Assembly: GCF_963921235.1 (NCBI RefSeq)
Contig: NC_086097.1
Coordinates: forward strand, 44,890,001 to 44,954,000
DNA from: Mobula hypostoma
Taxonomy: Eukaryota
Direction: 5' to 3'
DNA length: 64,000 bases
The notes beneath the pieces are model-generated. The model was not told the DNA's origin and ran no database searches. It saw only the letters and a list, made by a program, of their open reading frames with translations. Position numbers and translations under genes: made by a program. The stretch's first letter is position 1. Every line of letters begins with the position of its first letter. Shown piece after piece: positions 37,052-48,933 of this stretch.

Positions 37052-38795
37052 CAGTGCCTATAAAAAGAATTCACCCCCCAGAAGTATTCATGTTTTATTG
37101 TTTTACAACACTGAATCACAGTGGATTTAATTTGGATTTATTGACATTGATCAACAGAAAAAAATTCTTGAAAACAGGTCTCTACAAAGAGATCTAAGTT
37201 AATTACAAATATAAAACACAAAATACTTGATTGCATAAGTACTTACCCCCTCTAATATGACACACCAAATCATCATTGGTGCAGCCAATTGGTTTTTGAA
37301 GTCACATGACTAGTTAAATAGCGATCTGTTTTTGAAAACCTGTGTGCAGTCAAGATGTTTCAAATGGTTGTAGTAAAAATACACCTGTATCTGGAAGGTC
37401 CACTGCTGGTGAGTCAGTATCCTACCAAAAACTACACCATGAAGACAAAAGAACACTCCAAACAACTCCGTGAAAAGCTTATTGAAAAGCACAAGTCATG
37501 TTATGGATCCAAGAACATTTCCGAGTAACTGAATATCCCTTGGTGTACAGTTAAGTCAATCATCAAGAAATGGAAAGAATATAGCACAGCCATAAATCTG
37601 CCTCGAGCAAGCTGTCCTCAAAAACTCTGAGTGACTGCAATAAGTCCTCGTGGAAGACTCCCAGAAGGCCAACTTACAGGTTGAGTCTGTGGTAAAGAAG
37701 GCAAATGCAATGTTGGCATTTATTTCAAGGGGAATAGAATATAAAAGCAAGGAGATAATGCTGAAGCTTTATAGGACACTAGTCAGGGCTGCACTTGGAT
37801 TATCGTCAACAGTTTCGGGCTCCTGTCTCAGAAAGGATGTGTCATCATTGGAAAGAGTCCACAGGAGGTTCACAAGGATGATTCTGGGAATGAAGGGGTT
37901 AATGTATGAGGACTGTTTGGCAGCTTTGAGCCTGTACTCGCTGGAATTTAGAAGAATATGGGAGGATCTCATTGAAACCTAACGAATGTTGAAAGAACTA
38001 GATAGGGTGAATATGGAAAAGATGTTTCCTATAGTGGGGGTATCCAAAATTAGAAGGCACAGCTTCAAAATTGAGGGGCAACCTTTTAGAACAGAGGCAA
38101 GGAGGAATTTTATTAGTCAGAAGGTAGTGAATCTGTGAAATGCTCTGTCATAGACTGCGGTGGAGGCAAAGTCTATAAGCAGGCCCTGGAATGCTTGTGA
38201 AGGTGGAGGGTAAAATGAAAGCAGCAAAATACTGGAGGAAAACCTGATGCAGTCTGCAGGTCTGCAAAAGAACTGCGACTTGGGAGAAGATTGTTTTCTA
38301 GCAAGACAATGACCCCAAGCATAAAGCCAAAGCTACACAGGAATGGAATGTCCTGGAGTGGCCAAGTCAAAGTCCAGACCTCAATTCAATTGAGAATTTG
38401 TGGCTGGACTTGGAAAAGGCTGTTCACTCATGACCCTCATGCAATCTGCAGAACTTGAGCAGTTTTGTAAAGAAGAATGGGGAAAAATTGCAGTGTTCAG
38501 ATGTCCAAATCTGATAGAGACCTATCCATACTGACTCAAGGCTGTAATTGCTGCCAAAGGTGCATCTACTAAATACTGAGTTGAAGGGGGTAAATACTTA
38601 TGCAATCCTATATTTTGTGTTCTGTATTTGTAATTAATTTGGTTCACTTTGTAGAGATCTATTTTCACTTTGACATGAAAGAGTCTCTTTCTGTTGATCA
38701 GTGTCAAAAAGCCAAATTAGATCTGCTGTGATTATTGTAAAACAATAAAATAGGAAAATTTCCAAGGGGGGGGAGAATAATTTTTATAGACACTG
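37052..38795 (+). mobile_element. Tc1 transposon with both TIRs, disrupted transposase
   Basis: TA-cagtgcctataaaaa ... tttttatagacactg-TA with long TIRs. ATG at 37439 (MKTKEHSKQLREKLIEKHK). C-terminal QDNDPKH and [11 protein letters not shown] motifs. Confidence 0.9.
37645..38175 (+). mobile_element. CR1 fragment inside the Tc1 element
   Basis: ORF 37650..37982: QVESVVKKANAMLAFISRGIEYKS...LERVHRRFTRM. Confidence 0.88.
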
Positions 38796-38894
38796 TACAT
38801 TCATAATCATAGTGATATGTTATATACTTGCTTACAGTAAATACCTGAAAGCCCAGGAACAATACCACTAAAGAACCTTACCAGAGATTTTGAG

Positions 38895-39390
38895 GATCAT
38901 CAGGAAGGACAGACGCACTAACTCTAGCAAATGGAAGGAGGCCAACATGAACTGCAACTGAACAATGATGAAAACACTACCAGCTTTGATGGATAGGTCA
39001 TGTTACTTGGATGTCTAACTCACAGCTCCCCAAACAGATCCTTTACTCCTAGTTGAAGAAAAGTCACGAGCTCTGGCGGGCAAAAACTCTTCACAACTAA
39101 CATCAAAATCAGCCTGAAGAAATTCAACACGATATCTAAAAACTGGGAAGACATTGCACTCAATAGATGCACCTGGAGGAAATCTGTTCAAGAGGAAGCT
39201 GCACTACATGACAGCGACCTCCAGTGTGCCACAGGGAACAAGTGACAGCTACGAAAGGAGAGAACGAACAACCAAAAAACCCAACCATTAACCACAGTTA
39301 CCACTGATTCGTGTCCACACTGCACCAGAATATGTGGATCCTGAGGACCCCCAAAAGACAATCCCTTAGGAGAACATCTCATTTGGCTCA
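38895..39390 (+). mobile_element. RTE-clade LINE 3' fragment
   Basis: Hand translation gives WIGHVTWMSNSQLPKQILYS...GGQK...WEDIALNRCTWRKSV...CPHCTRICGS, typical of RTE C-termini. Confidence 0.75.
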
Positions 39391-42075
39391 CTGAGGCTTA
39401 AGCTGCGGCCTGCTTTGGGCTTCATTGTTCTTTTGTTTTGAATGCTGTTTGCTTAGTTACTTTTATTTTTTGCACTATTTGTTTTTTTTGCTGCTCATTG
39501 GGTGTTTGATGGTCCTTTACGGGTTCTTTTGGGTCTCTTTGTTCTGCGGCTGCCTGTAAGGAGACAAATCTCAAGGTCGTATAATGTATACATACTTTGA
39601 TAATAAATGTACCTTTAACATTGATGCACTATTCCTACTGGCAGAAGCTTAAAGAGTGGCTAGATTCGATTCAACTTTCAAGTAATAGTCATGTAAATAA
39701 CTGAAAAGATGGGACACTGTCCACCTTACTCTGGACAATATGCACTTTGCTGGTCAATTTGTCCTGGACTTTCATACCAGTGCACTGAAACACAGAAATC
39801 GGAGACAAGCTGGTGGTCAAGTGTTACTACAGCTGCCCTCCTCCTGTTCATTACTAGACTCACCATAGTATCCAATCACTGAAGAGAAAGGCAGACATAT
39901 TTTACCAGTCTAGGTTCAGTGATGTGCAAACAGTCTTGACTAAGAAGGTAAATTCAGAAAGAAATTATTTATTTTTCTCTGTTTTAATAATTTTAATTAA
40001 ATTTGGGATTTTAAGGTGATTCAAATTAAATATTTAATATCCTGTTTTTAAATTACTGACCTCTATTTAAGTAATCAACTTTGATGGTTCTCGTATCACA
40101 ATCAAAGTCAATGCTCTCCAAATGAAAAGTGATAACTGCAGATACCTGTCAATAGTGGACAGTGAGGGACAGGGAGAATGAGAGGGGGAGGGGGAGATGG
40201 AAGAAGAATATGTCCGAGCAGATTACTATCATGCTGAAATTATGACTATGCTGCTTAGGCACTGTAACTCCGGAATTGACCTGTAGAATGCAGCAGACCA
40301 TTTTCAAGATTCATTATGAACTCCTGCATGCAACAAAATCTCACCATTAGCAAAATTTGGTTAGGTCATATCTGAACAATTGTGAGCAGTTCAGATGGCC
40401 ACACAATGGGAAAGTCCTGATTGCAATGGAAAGGGTTAACAGCAGATTCACCGGGATATTGCCTATGAAGGAATACTGGATAGGCTGATTTTGTTTTCGT
40501 TGGAGTGGAAGAAGCTGAAGAAAAACCTGATAAAGATAAGTTAAATTATTAGGAACACTTTTGGGTAGGTGTTAGAAAGCTTTTCCCTATGGCATTTGGT
40601 ATAGGTTTCAGAAAGAGTTAAGAGTTACAGAACACTACAGCACATAAACAGGCCTTTTGGCCCATCTAGTCCATGCCGATCTATTACCTGCCTAGTTTAT
40701 TGACCTGCACCCTAACCATTTCTCTTCATACCCCTCCCATCCATGTATCTACCTAAATTTCTCTTAAATGTTGAATTCGAACATACATCCACCACTTCCA
40801 CTGGCAGCTCATCCCGCACTCTACCTCCCTCTGAGTGAAGAAGTTTCCCCTCATTTTACTCTTAAACATTTTACCTTTCACTTTAATCCATGACCTCTAT
40901 TTCTAGTCTCATCCAATCTCAGTGGGAAAAAACTTGCATGTATTTGCCCTATCTATACCCCTCATAATTGATTACACCTCTATCAAATCTCCCCTCATTC
41001 TCCTATGCTCTATGGGATAAAGTCCTAATCTATTCAATCTTTTCCTAAAACTCAGATGCTGAAGTTCTAACAATATCCTTGTAAATTTTCTCTGCACTCT
41101 TTTAAGCTTAATGATATCTTTTCTGTAGTAGGTGACCAGAACTTTGCACAATACTCCAAATTAGGCTTCACTATCATCTTATACAACTGCAAAATAACAT
41201 CCAAACTCTTGTATTCTGTACTTTAACTTATTAAGGCCAAAATATCAAAAGCTTTCTTCATAGCCCTATCAACCTGCAACACCACTTTTAAGGAATAATT
41301 TCCAGATCCATCTGTTCTACTGCACTCCTCAGTAACCTACTGCTCAATGTGCAAGTCCTACCCTGGTTTGTCCTCCTAAAATATAGCACCTCACACTTGC
41401 TGCATTAAATTCCATCTACCATTTTTTTAGCCCATTTTTCCATCTGGTCCAGATCCCGCTGCAAGCTTTGAGAGTCTTCCTTGCCATCCACTACACCCGC
41501 AATCTTGGTGTCATCTGCAAATTCACTGATCAAGTTTACCACATTATCATTCAGATCATTGATATAGATGACAAACAACAACTGACCCAGCACTAATCCC
41601 TGCAGCACAGGCCTCCACACACAGAAGCAACCATCGATCTACTGTACCACTCTCTCAGGCTTCTCCCACAAAGCCAAAGCCTAATCCAATTTACATCCTG
41701 AATACTAAAAGACTGAATCTTCTTGACCGACCTCCCATGAGGGACCCTGTCAAAGGCTTTGCTGAAGTCCATGTAGACAACATCTACTGCCTTGCCTTCA
41801 TCAAGTTTCCTGGTAACTTCCTCCAAAAAATTCAGTAAGATTGGTTAGGCACAACCTACTATGCACAAAGCCATGTTTACTATCCTTCATCAGTCCCTGT
41901 CTATTCCAATGCTTATATATCTGGCCCCTTAGAATACACTATGATGTCAGCTTCACCAGCCTACAGTTTCCATACTTATGCTTAGAGCCTTTCTTGAACA
42001 ATGGAACAGCGTCAACTATACTCCAATCCTCCAGCACCTCACCTGTGGCCAAGGATGTTTTATATACCTCTGTTT

Positions 42076-42284
42076 GGGCCCCTGAAATTTCTGTACTAGC
42101 CTCCCACAAGGCCTGCAGCAACAGCTTGTAAGGCCCTGGGGATTTAGCCATTCTAATCTGCAACAAGGCAGCAATCACTAGGGCCCCTGAAATTTCTGTA
42201 CTAGCCTCCCACAAGGCCTGCAGCAACACCTTGTAAGGCCCTGGGGATTTCGCCATTCTAATCTGCAACAAGGCAGCAATCACT
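42076..42284. repeat. 105-bp tandem duplication within the CR1
   Basis: Unit starts gggcccctgaaatttc at 42076 and 42181. The two copies differ by two substitutions. Confidence 0.95.
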
Positions 42285-42890
42285 TCCTCCTCTGTAATCC
42301 GTTTACGGTCCATGACCTCACTGAAGTTTTGTCTCACTTCTATAGATACAGATGCGAAATTATCTATTTAAGATTTTCCCCATCCATTTCAGCTCTACAC
42401 ACAGATTACAACTCTGATCTTAAAGCGAACCGATTTTGTCTTTGCTATCCTTTTGCTCTCAATATATCTGTAGAAGTCCTTAATTCTCCACCTTGTCTGC
42501 CGGAACAATCTCGTGCCTTTATCAAGCCCTCTTGATTTCCTTCTTAAGTGTTCCCTTACATTTCTTATACTCAAGTACCTCATTTGCTCCTTGCTACCTA
42601 TACCTGCTATGCATCTCCTTCTTCTCTTAACCAAGGCCTCAATGTCTCTCAAAAACCAAGGTTCCCTAAACCTGTTATACTTGCCTTTTATTCTGACAGG
42701 AACATATAATCTCTGTACGCTCAAACTTTCACATTTGAAGGCCTCTCACTTACCAAACACATCTTTACCAGAAAACAACCTGTTCTAAACCACAAACAAC
42801 AGGAATTCTACAGATGCTGGAAATTCAAGCAACACACATAAAAGTTGCTGGTGAACGCAGCAGGCCAGGCAGCATCTCTAGGAAGAGGTG

Positions 42891-42927
42891 CAGTCGACGT
42901 TTCAGGCCGAGACCCTTCGTCAGGACT
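42891..42927 (-). ncRNA. Minimal type I hammerhead ribozyme motif
   Basis: Minus strand reads agtc-CTGACGA-agg(gtctcgg)cct-GAAA-c-GTC-gactg. Confidence 0.75.
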
Positions 42928-42936
42928 AACAGACGA

Positions 42937-42973
42937 AGTCCTGACGAAGGGTCTCGGCCTGAAACGTCGACTG
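42937..42973 (+). ncRNA. Minimal type I hammerhead ribozyme motif
   Basis: CTGACGA at 42941-42947, stem II agg/cct, GAAA at 42961-42964, palindromic acgt stem III, predicted cleavage after GTC at 42968, stem I agtc/gact. Confidence 0.75.
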
Positions 42974-44665
42974 CACCTCTTCCTAGAGATGCTGGCTGGC
43001 CTGCTGCGTTCACCAGCAACTTTTATATGTGTTGTTCTAAACCACACTTGCCTGATCGTTTCTGATACCATCAAAATTGACTCTTGTCCTACTAGAATCT
43101 CAACCTGAAGACCAGACCAATCTTCTCCATAATTATCTTGAAACTAATGGCATCATGATCACTAGATGCAAAGTATTCTTCTACATGAACTTCTGTCACC
43201 TGCCCTGTCTCATTCCCTAATGGGAGATTTAGTATCACACTCTCTTTGGTTGGCACCTCTATATATTGATTAAGGAAACTTTCCTGAACACATTTGACAA
43301 ATTCTATCCCTTGGAAACTCTTGGAAAGTTAATATCACCTACTATCAAAGCCTTACATTCCTTGAAAGAGTCTGTGATCTCTATACAAATTTTCTCCACT
43401 AAATCCCACTGACTATTGTGTGATCTATAATGTAATAGCATTAACGTAGTCATTCCTTCCCTATTCCACAGATCCACCTATGTAGATTCAGTTGATGAGC
43501 TCTTCAGTCTGTCTTGTCTGAGCACTGCCATAATATTTTCCCTGACTAGTAATGCCACCCCATCCTCTTTAATCCCTCCCACTATATCACATCTAAAACA
43601 ATGAAACAATAATACTTTGAGCTATCATTCTTGCCACCCTGCAGCCAGGTTTAACTATTGGGCTACAATGACATAATTCAACATGATGATCCACGCTCAA
43701 AAATCATCCACCTTCCCTACCATACACCTTGCATTGAAATGTACACAACTTAGAACCTTGGTCCCATCTTTTGATTCCTGAATTTGTATGTAGGCTTAGT
43801 AACACCTTTCCCCTCAACTACTCCACTCTCTGCTTTAGTGCTCTGGTTCCCATCCTCCTGGGGCTTGTTTAAAGCCTCCCCCACCCCTCTCCTGGCAGCA
43901 CCAGCTACCCCCCCCCCCCCAGATGAAGTCCAAACCATCCCACCTCTACAGGTCCCACCATCCCTGAAAGACAGCCCAATGATCCAGGAATCTGAAGCTC
44001 TCCCTTCTAAGCTATCTCCTTAGCCACATGATAAACTGTATTATCTTCCTATTTCTGGCCTCATTAGCACATGTTATGCAAGGCAATCTTGAGAACACAA
44101 ATCTGGATGTCCTGTTCTTTCACTTGGCACCTAACTCCCTGTGCAGGACCTCATCACCTTCCTATCTATATCATGGCTATCAAAGTGGACCACGACCTCT
44201 GGTTGCTCACCCTCCCTCTGAAGTACTTAAGAATGCTTCAGACTCAACCTGTGATATCCTTAACCCTGGCACTCAGGAGACAACATAGCATTCTGGAATC
44301 CTGTTCTCATCCACAGTACCTCCTGTTTCCCTAACTTTCGAATCTCCTATCATTACTGTTCACTTCTTCTCCCTCCTTCCCTTCTGAGTCACAGAGCTAG
44401 AACCAGTGCCAGAGACCTCCATTGTGGCTCTCCTCTGCTCAGACATCTCCCCCAACAGTATCCAAAGTGGTATACCTGTTATTGAGGAGAATGACTGCAG
44501 GGGTACCTGCACCGACTGCCTATCTACTTTCCCCCTTCTGACCTGTTTCCTGCACCTTGGGAGTAAGTACCACCCTGTATCACATGTCAATCAGCCCCTC
44601 AGCCTCCCAAATGATCTGGAGTTTGGATAATCTTGAGGAAGAGCTTTTTCTACCAAAGGTTGGAA

Positions 44666-46868
44666 TATAGAACATAGAGTAGTACAGTACAGTACAGGCC
44701 CTTCGGCCCACAATGTTGTGCCAACCCTCAAACCCTGCCTCCCATATAAGCCCCCACCTTAGATTCCTCCATACACCTGTCTAGTAATCTCTTAAACTTC
44801 ACTAGTGTATCTGCCTCCACCACTGACTCAGGCAGTGCATTCCACGCACCAACCACTCTCTGAGTAAAAAACCTTCCTCTAATATCCCCCTTGAACTTCC
44901 CACCCCTTACCTTAAAGCCATGTCCTCTTGTATTGAGCAGTGGTGCCCTGGGGAAGAGGCGCTGGCTATCCACTCTATCTATTCCTCTTATTATCTTGTA
45001 TACCTCTATCATGTCTCCTCTCATCCTCCTTCTCTCCAAAGAGTAAAGCCCTAGCTCCCTTAATCTCTGATCATAATGCATACTTTCTAAACCAGGCAGC
45101 ATCCTGGTAAATCTCCTCTGTACCCTTTCCAATGCTTCCACATCCTTCCTATAGTGAGGTGACCAGAACTGGACACAGTGCTCCAAGTGTGGCCTAACCA
45201 GAGTTTTATAGAGCTGCACCATTACATCGTGACTCTTAAACTCTATCCCTCGACTTATGAAAGCTAACACCCCATAAGCTTTCTTAACTACCCTATCTAC
45301 CTATGAGGCAACTGTCAGGGATCTGTGGACATGTACCCTGAGATCTCTCTGCTCCTCCACACTACCAAGTATCCTGCCATTTACTTTGTACTCTGCCTTG
45401 CAGTTTGTCCTTCCAAAGTGTACCACCTCACACTTCTCCGGGTTGAACTCCATCTGCCACTTCTCAGCCCACTTCTGCATCCTATCAATGTCTTTTTGCA
45501 ATCTTTGACAATCCTCTACACTATCTACAACACCACCAACCTTTGTGTCGTCTGCAAACTTGCCAACCCACCCTTCTACCCCACATCCAGGTCGTTAATA
45601 AAAATCACGAAAAGTAGAGGTCCCAGAACAGATCCTTGTGGGACACCACTAGTCACAATCCTCCAATCTGAATGTACTCCCTCCACCACCACCCTCTGCC
45701 TTCTGCAGGCAAGCCAATTCTGAATCCACCTGGCCAAACTTCCCTGGATCCCATGCCTTCTAACTTTCTGAATAAGCCTACCGTGTGGAACTTTGTCAAA
45801 TGCCTTACTAAAATCCATATAGATCACATCCACTGCACTACCCTCATCTATATGCCTGGTCACCTCCTCAAAGAACTCTATCAGGCTTGTTAGACACGAT
45901 CTGCCCTTCACAAAGCCATGCTGACAGTCCCTGATCAGGCCATGATTCTCTAAATGCCTATAGATCCTATCTCTAAGAATCTTTTCCAACAGCTTTCCCA
46001 CCCCAGACGTAAGGTTCACTGGTCTATAATTACCCGAACTATCCCAACTACCTTTTTTGAACAAGGGAACAACATTCGCCTCCCTCCAATCCTCCGGTAC
46101 CATTCCCGTGGACAACGAGGACATAAAGATCCTAGCCAGAGGCTCAGCAATCTCTTCTCTCGCCTCGTGGAGCAGCCTGGGGAATATTCCGTCAGGCCCT
46201 GGGGACTTATCTGTCCTAATGTATTTTAACAAGTTCAACACCTCCTCTCCCTTAATATCAACATGCTCCAGAACATCAACCTCAAGCATATTGTCCTCAC
46301 CATCATCAAGTTCCCTCTCATTGGTGAATACTGAAGAGAAGTATTCATTGAAGACCTCGCTCACTTCCACAGCCTCCAGGCACATCTTCCCACCTTTATC
46401 TCTAATCGGTCCTACCTTCACTCCTGTCATCCTTTTTTTCTTCATATAATTGAAGAATGCCTTGGAGTTTTCCTTTACCCTACTCGCCAAGGCCTTCTCA
46501 TGCCCCCTTCTTGCTCTTCTCAGCCCCTTCTTAAGCTCCTTTCTTGCTTCCCTATATTCCTCAATAGACCCATCTGATCCTTGCTTCCTAAACCTCATGT
46601 ATGCTGCCTTCTTCCTCCTGACTAGATTTTCCACCTCACTTGTCACCCATGGTTCCTTCACCCTACCATTCGTTATCTTCCTCACCGGGACAAATTTATC
46701 CCTTACATCCCGCAAGAGATCTCTAAACATTGACCACATGTCCATAGTACATTTCCCTGCAAAAACATCATCCCAATTCACACCCGCAAGTTCTAGCCTT
46801 ATAGCCTCATAATTTGCCTTTCCTCAATTAAAAATGTTCCTGTCCTCTTTGATTCTATCCTTTTCCAT
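44666..46868 (-). mobile_element. Young 5'-truncated CR1 LINE (RT and C-terminal domain)
   Basis: 401-aa ORF 45576..46781 ([35 protein letters not shown]), one frameshift near 45578, TAG at 45301-45303, then ORF 44728..45270 and the 3' UTR. Confidence 0.96.
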
Positions 46869-47430
46869 GATGGAAAAGCATTGCCTGACTGATTTGCGAA
46901 GAGAGGTTCTCTCACAACATTTAAGCATCATTTAGATGAGGTATGAATCAACAAGTGCAGTTAAATGGTACTATTATAGATAGGTAGTTCATAGTTGGTA
47001 TGAACATGTTAGGACAAAGGGCTTGTTTCTGTGCTATATGGGTCTGTCACCCCACGACTTCTGACATTTGTCACTAGCTATTCAGGTGAAAGGACCTTTA
47101 CAAATTGCACCACATTGAGATAATAATGTAATCATTTTTTTATATAATAATGTGAATTCTAGTTTCAAACCAGAGATCATTACAATTTTACATAGCTTGG
47201 TTCTGTTCGACAGGCAGATATTTAAATTCCCAATTAGCTAAGTTCAAAATAACTGAAATCATCCCTGTCCTTCAAGGAATTGTAACTGTAGTAAACTTGA
47301 CATGTTCAGAAGCATGGAATTGTTACAATCCAGAACTAAGCCAGTCAACCTTTTGACAATATGCTGTGTCTTGGTAGAGCAATCCGATCAGTTCCATTCC
47401 TTTTGTTCTTTACTCAATGCCCTACATATA

Positions 47431-48933
47431 CAAACCCCATTTCCAGAAAAGTTGGGATATTTTCCAAAATGCAATAAAAACAAAAATCTGTGATATGTTA
47501 ATTCACGTGAACCTTTATTTAACTGACAAAAATACAAAGAAAAGATTTTCTATAGTTTTATTGACCAACTTAATTGTATTTTGCAAATATACATAAATTT
47601 AGAATTTGATGGCTGTAACACACTCAACAAAAGTTGGGACAGAGTTAAAATATGATTAAAAAGTGCACAATATATTCAAGTAACACCGGTTTGGAAGACT
47701 CCACATTAAGCAGGCTAATCGGTAGCAGGTGAGGTATCATGACTAGGTATAAAAGTAGCGTCCATCAAAGGCTCAGTCTTTGCAAGCAAGGATGGGTCGT
47801 GGCTCACCCCTTTGTGCCAAAATTCGTGACAGAATTGTTAGTCAGTTCAAAAGGAACATTTCTCAATGCAAGATTGCAGAGAATTTAGGTCTTTCAACAT
47901 CTACAGTACATAATATTGTGAAAGGATTCAGAGAATTCAGAGACATCTCAGTGCGTAAAGGGCAAGGTCGGAAACCACTGTTGAATGTGTGTGATCTTCG
48001 AGCCCTCAGGCGGCACTGCCTAAGAAACCGTCATGCTACTGTCACAATTATAGCTACCTGGGCTCGGGAGTACTTCGGAAAACCACTGTCACTCAACACA
48101 GTCCGTCGCTGCATCCAGAAATGCAACTTGAAACTGTATTACGCAAGGAGGAAGCCATACATCAACTCTATGCAGAAACGCCGGCGAGTTCTCTGGGCCC
48201 GAGCTCATCTCAGATGGACCGAAAGACTCTGGAACCATGTGCTGTGGTCAGGTGAGTCCACATTTCAGCTAGTTTTCAGAAAAAACGGGCATCAAGTTCT
48301 CCGTGCCAAAGATAAAAACAACCATCCAGATTGTTATCAGCGAAAGGTGCAAAAGCCAGCATCTGTGATGGTATGGGGGTGCATCAGTGCCCACGGCCTG
48401 GGTGAGTTGCATGTATGTGAAGGTACCATTGACTCTGAGGCGTATATTAGGATTTTAGAGAGACATATGGTGCCATCAAGGCGACGCCTCTTCCCGGGAC
48501 GTCCATGCTTATTTCAGCAGGACAATGCCAGATCACATTCTGCACGGGCTACAACAAAGTGGCTTTGTAGACACAGAGTGTGTGTGCTTGACTGGCCTGC
48601 TGCCAGTCCAGATCTATCTCCTATTGAAAATGTATGGCGCATCATGAAGAGGAGAATCAGACAACGGAGACCACGGACTGTTGAGCAGCTGAAGTCTTAT
48701 ATCAAGCAAGAATGGACAAAATTTCCAATTGCAAATCTACTTCAATTAGTATCCTTAGTTCCAAAATGATTAAAAAGTGTTATTAAAAGAAAAGGTGATG
48801 TAACACAATGGTAAACATGCCTCTGTCCCAACTTTTGTTGAGTGTGTTACAGCCATCAAATTCTAAATTTGTGTTTGTTTACAAAACACAATTAAGTTGG
48901 TCAGTAGAACCATTGAAAACCTTTTCTTTGTAC
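47431..48933 (+). mobile_element. Tc1 (DD34E) transposon, right TIR truncated
   Basis: TA-caaaccccatttccagaaaagttggga left end. Inner repeat caacaaaagttgggac (about 47626-47640) is mirrored at about 48826-48840. The inverted match continues only to about 48932. Confidence 0.95.
47792..48814 (+). pseudogene. Tc1-like transposase, near full length
   Basis: HTH N-terminus, GRKP motif, WSGES (first catalytic D replaced by G), QQDNA-x34-E (SPIENVW). Premature TGA at 48767-48769 before LKSVIKRKGDVTQW*. Confidence 0.92.

Larger units (their letters stand above)
42795..43034. mobile_element. Palindromic PLE-terminus insertion
   Basis: Arms 42830-42927 and 42937-43034 (98 bp, 2 mismatches) with a 9-nt loop. 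TSD tgttctaaaccaca at 42781-42794 and 43033-43046. Confidence 0.93.
40625..44620 (-). mobile_element. Long decayed CR1 LINE (ORF1 remnant, APE, RT, 3' UTR)
   Basis: [37 protein letters not shown]...FADDTK and VPLFKKG. Carries a tandem duplication and the palindromic insertion. Confidence 0.88.

Noticed and set aside
42808..43108. Four overlapping ORFs with internally repeated peptides
   Set aside because: They are a by-product of the DNA palindrome, not proteins.
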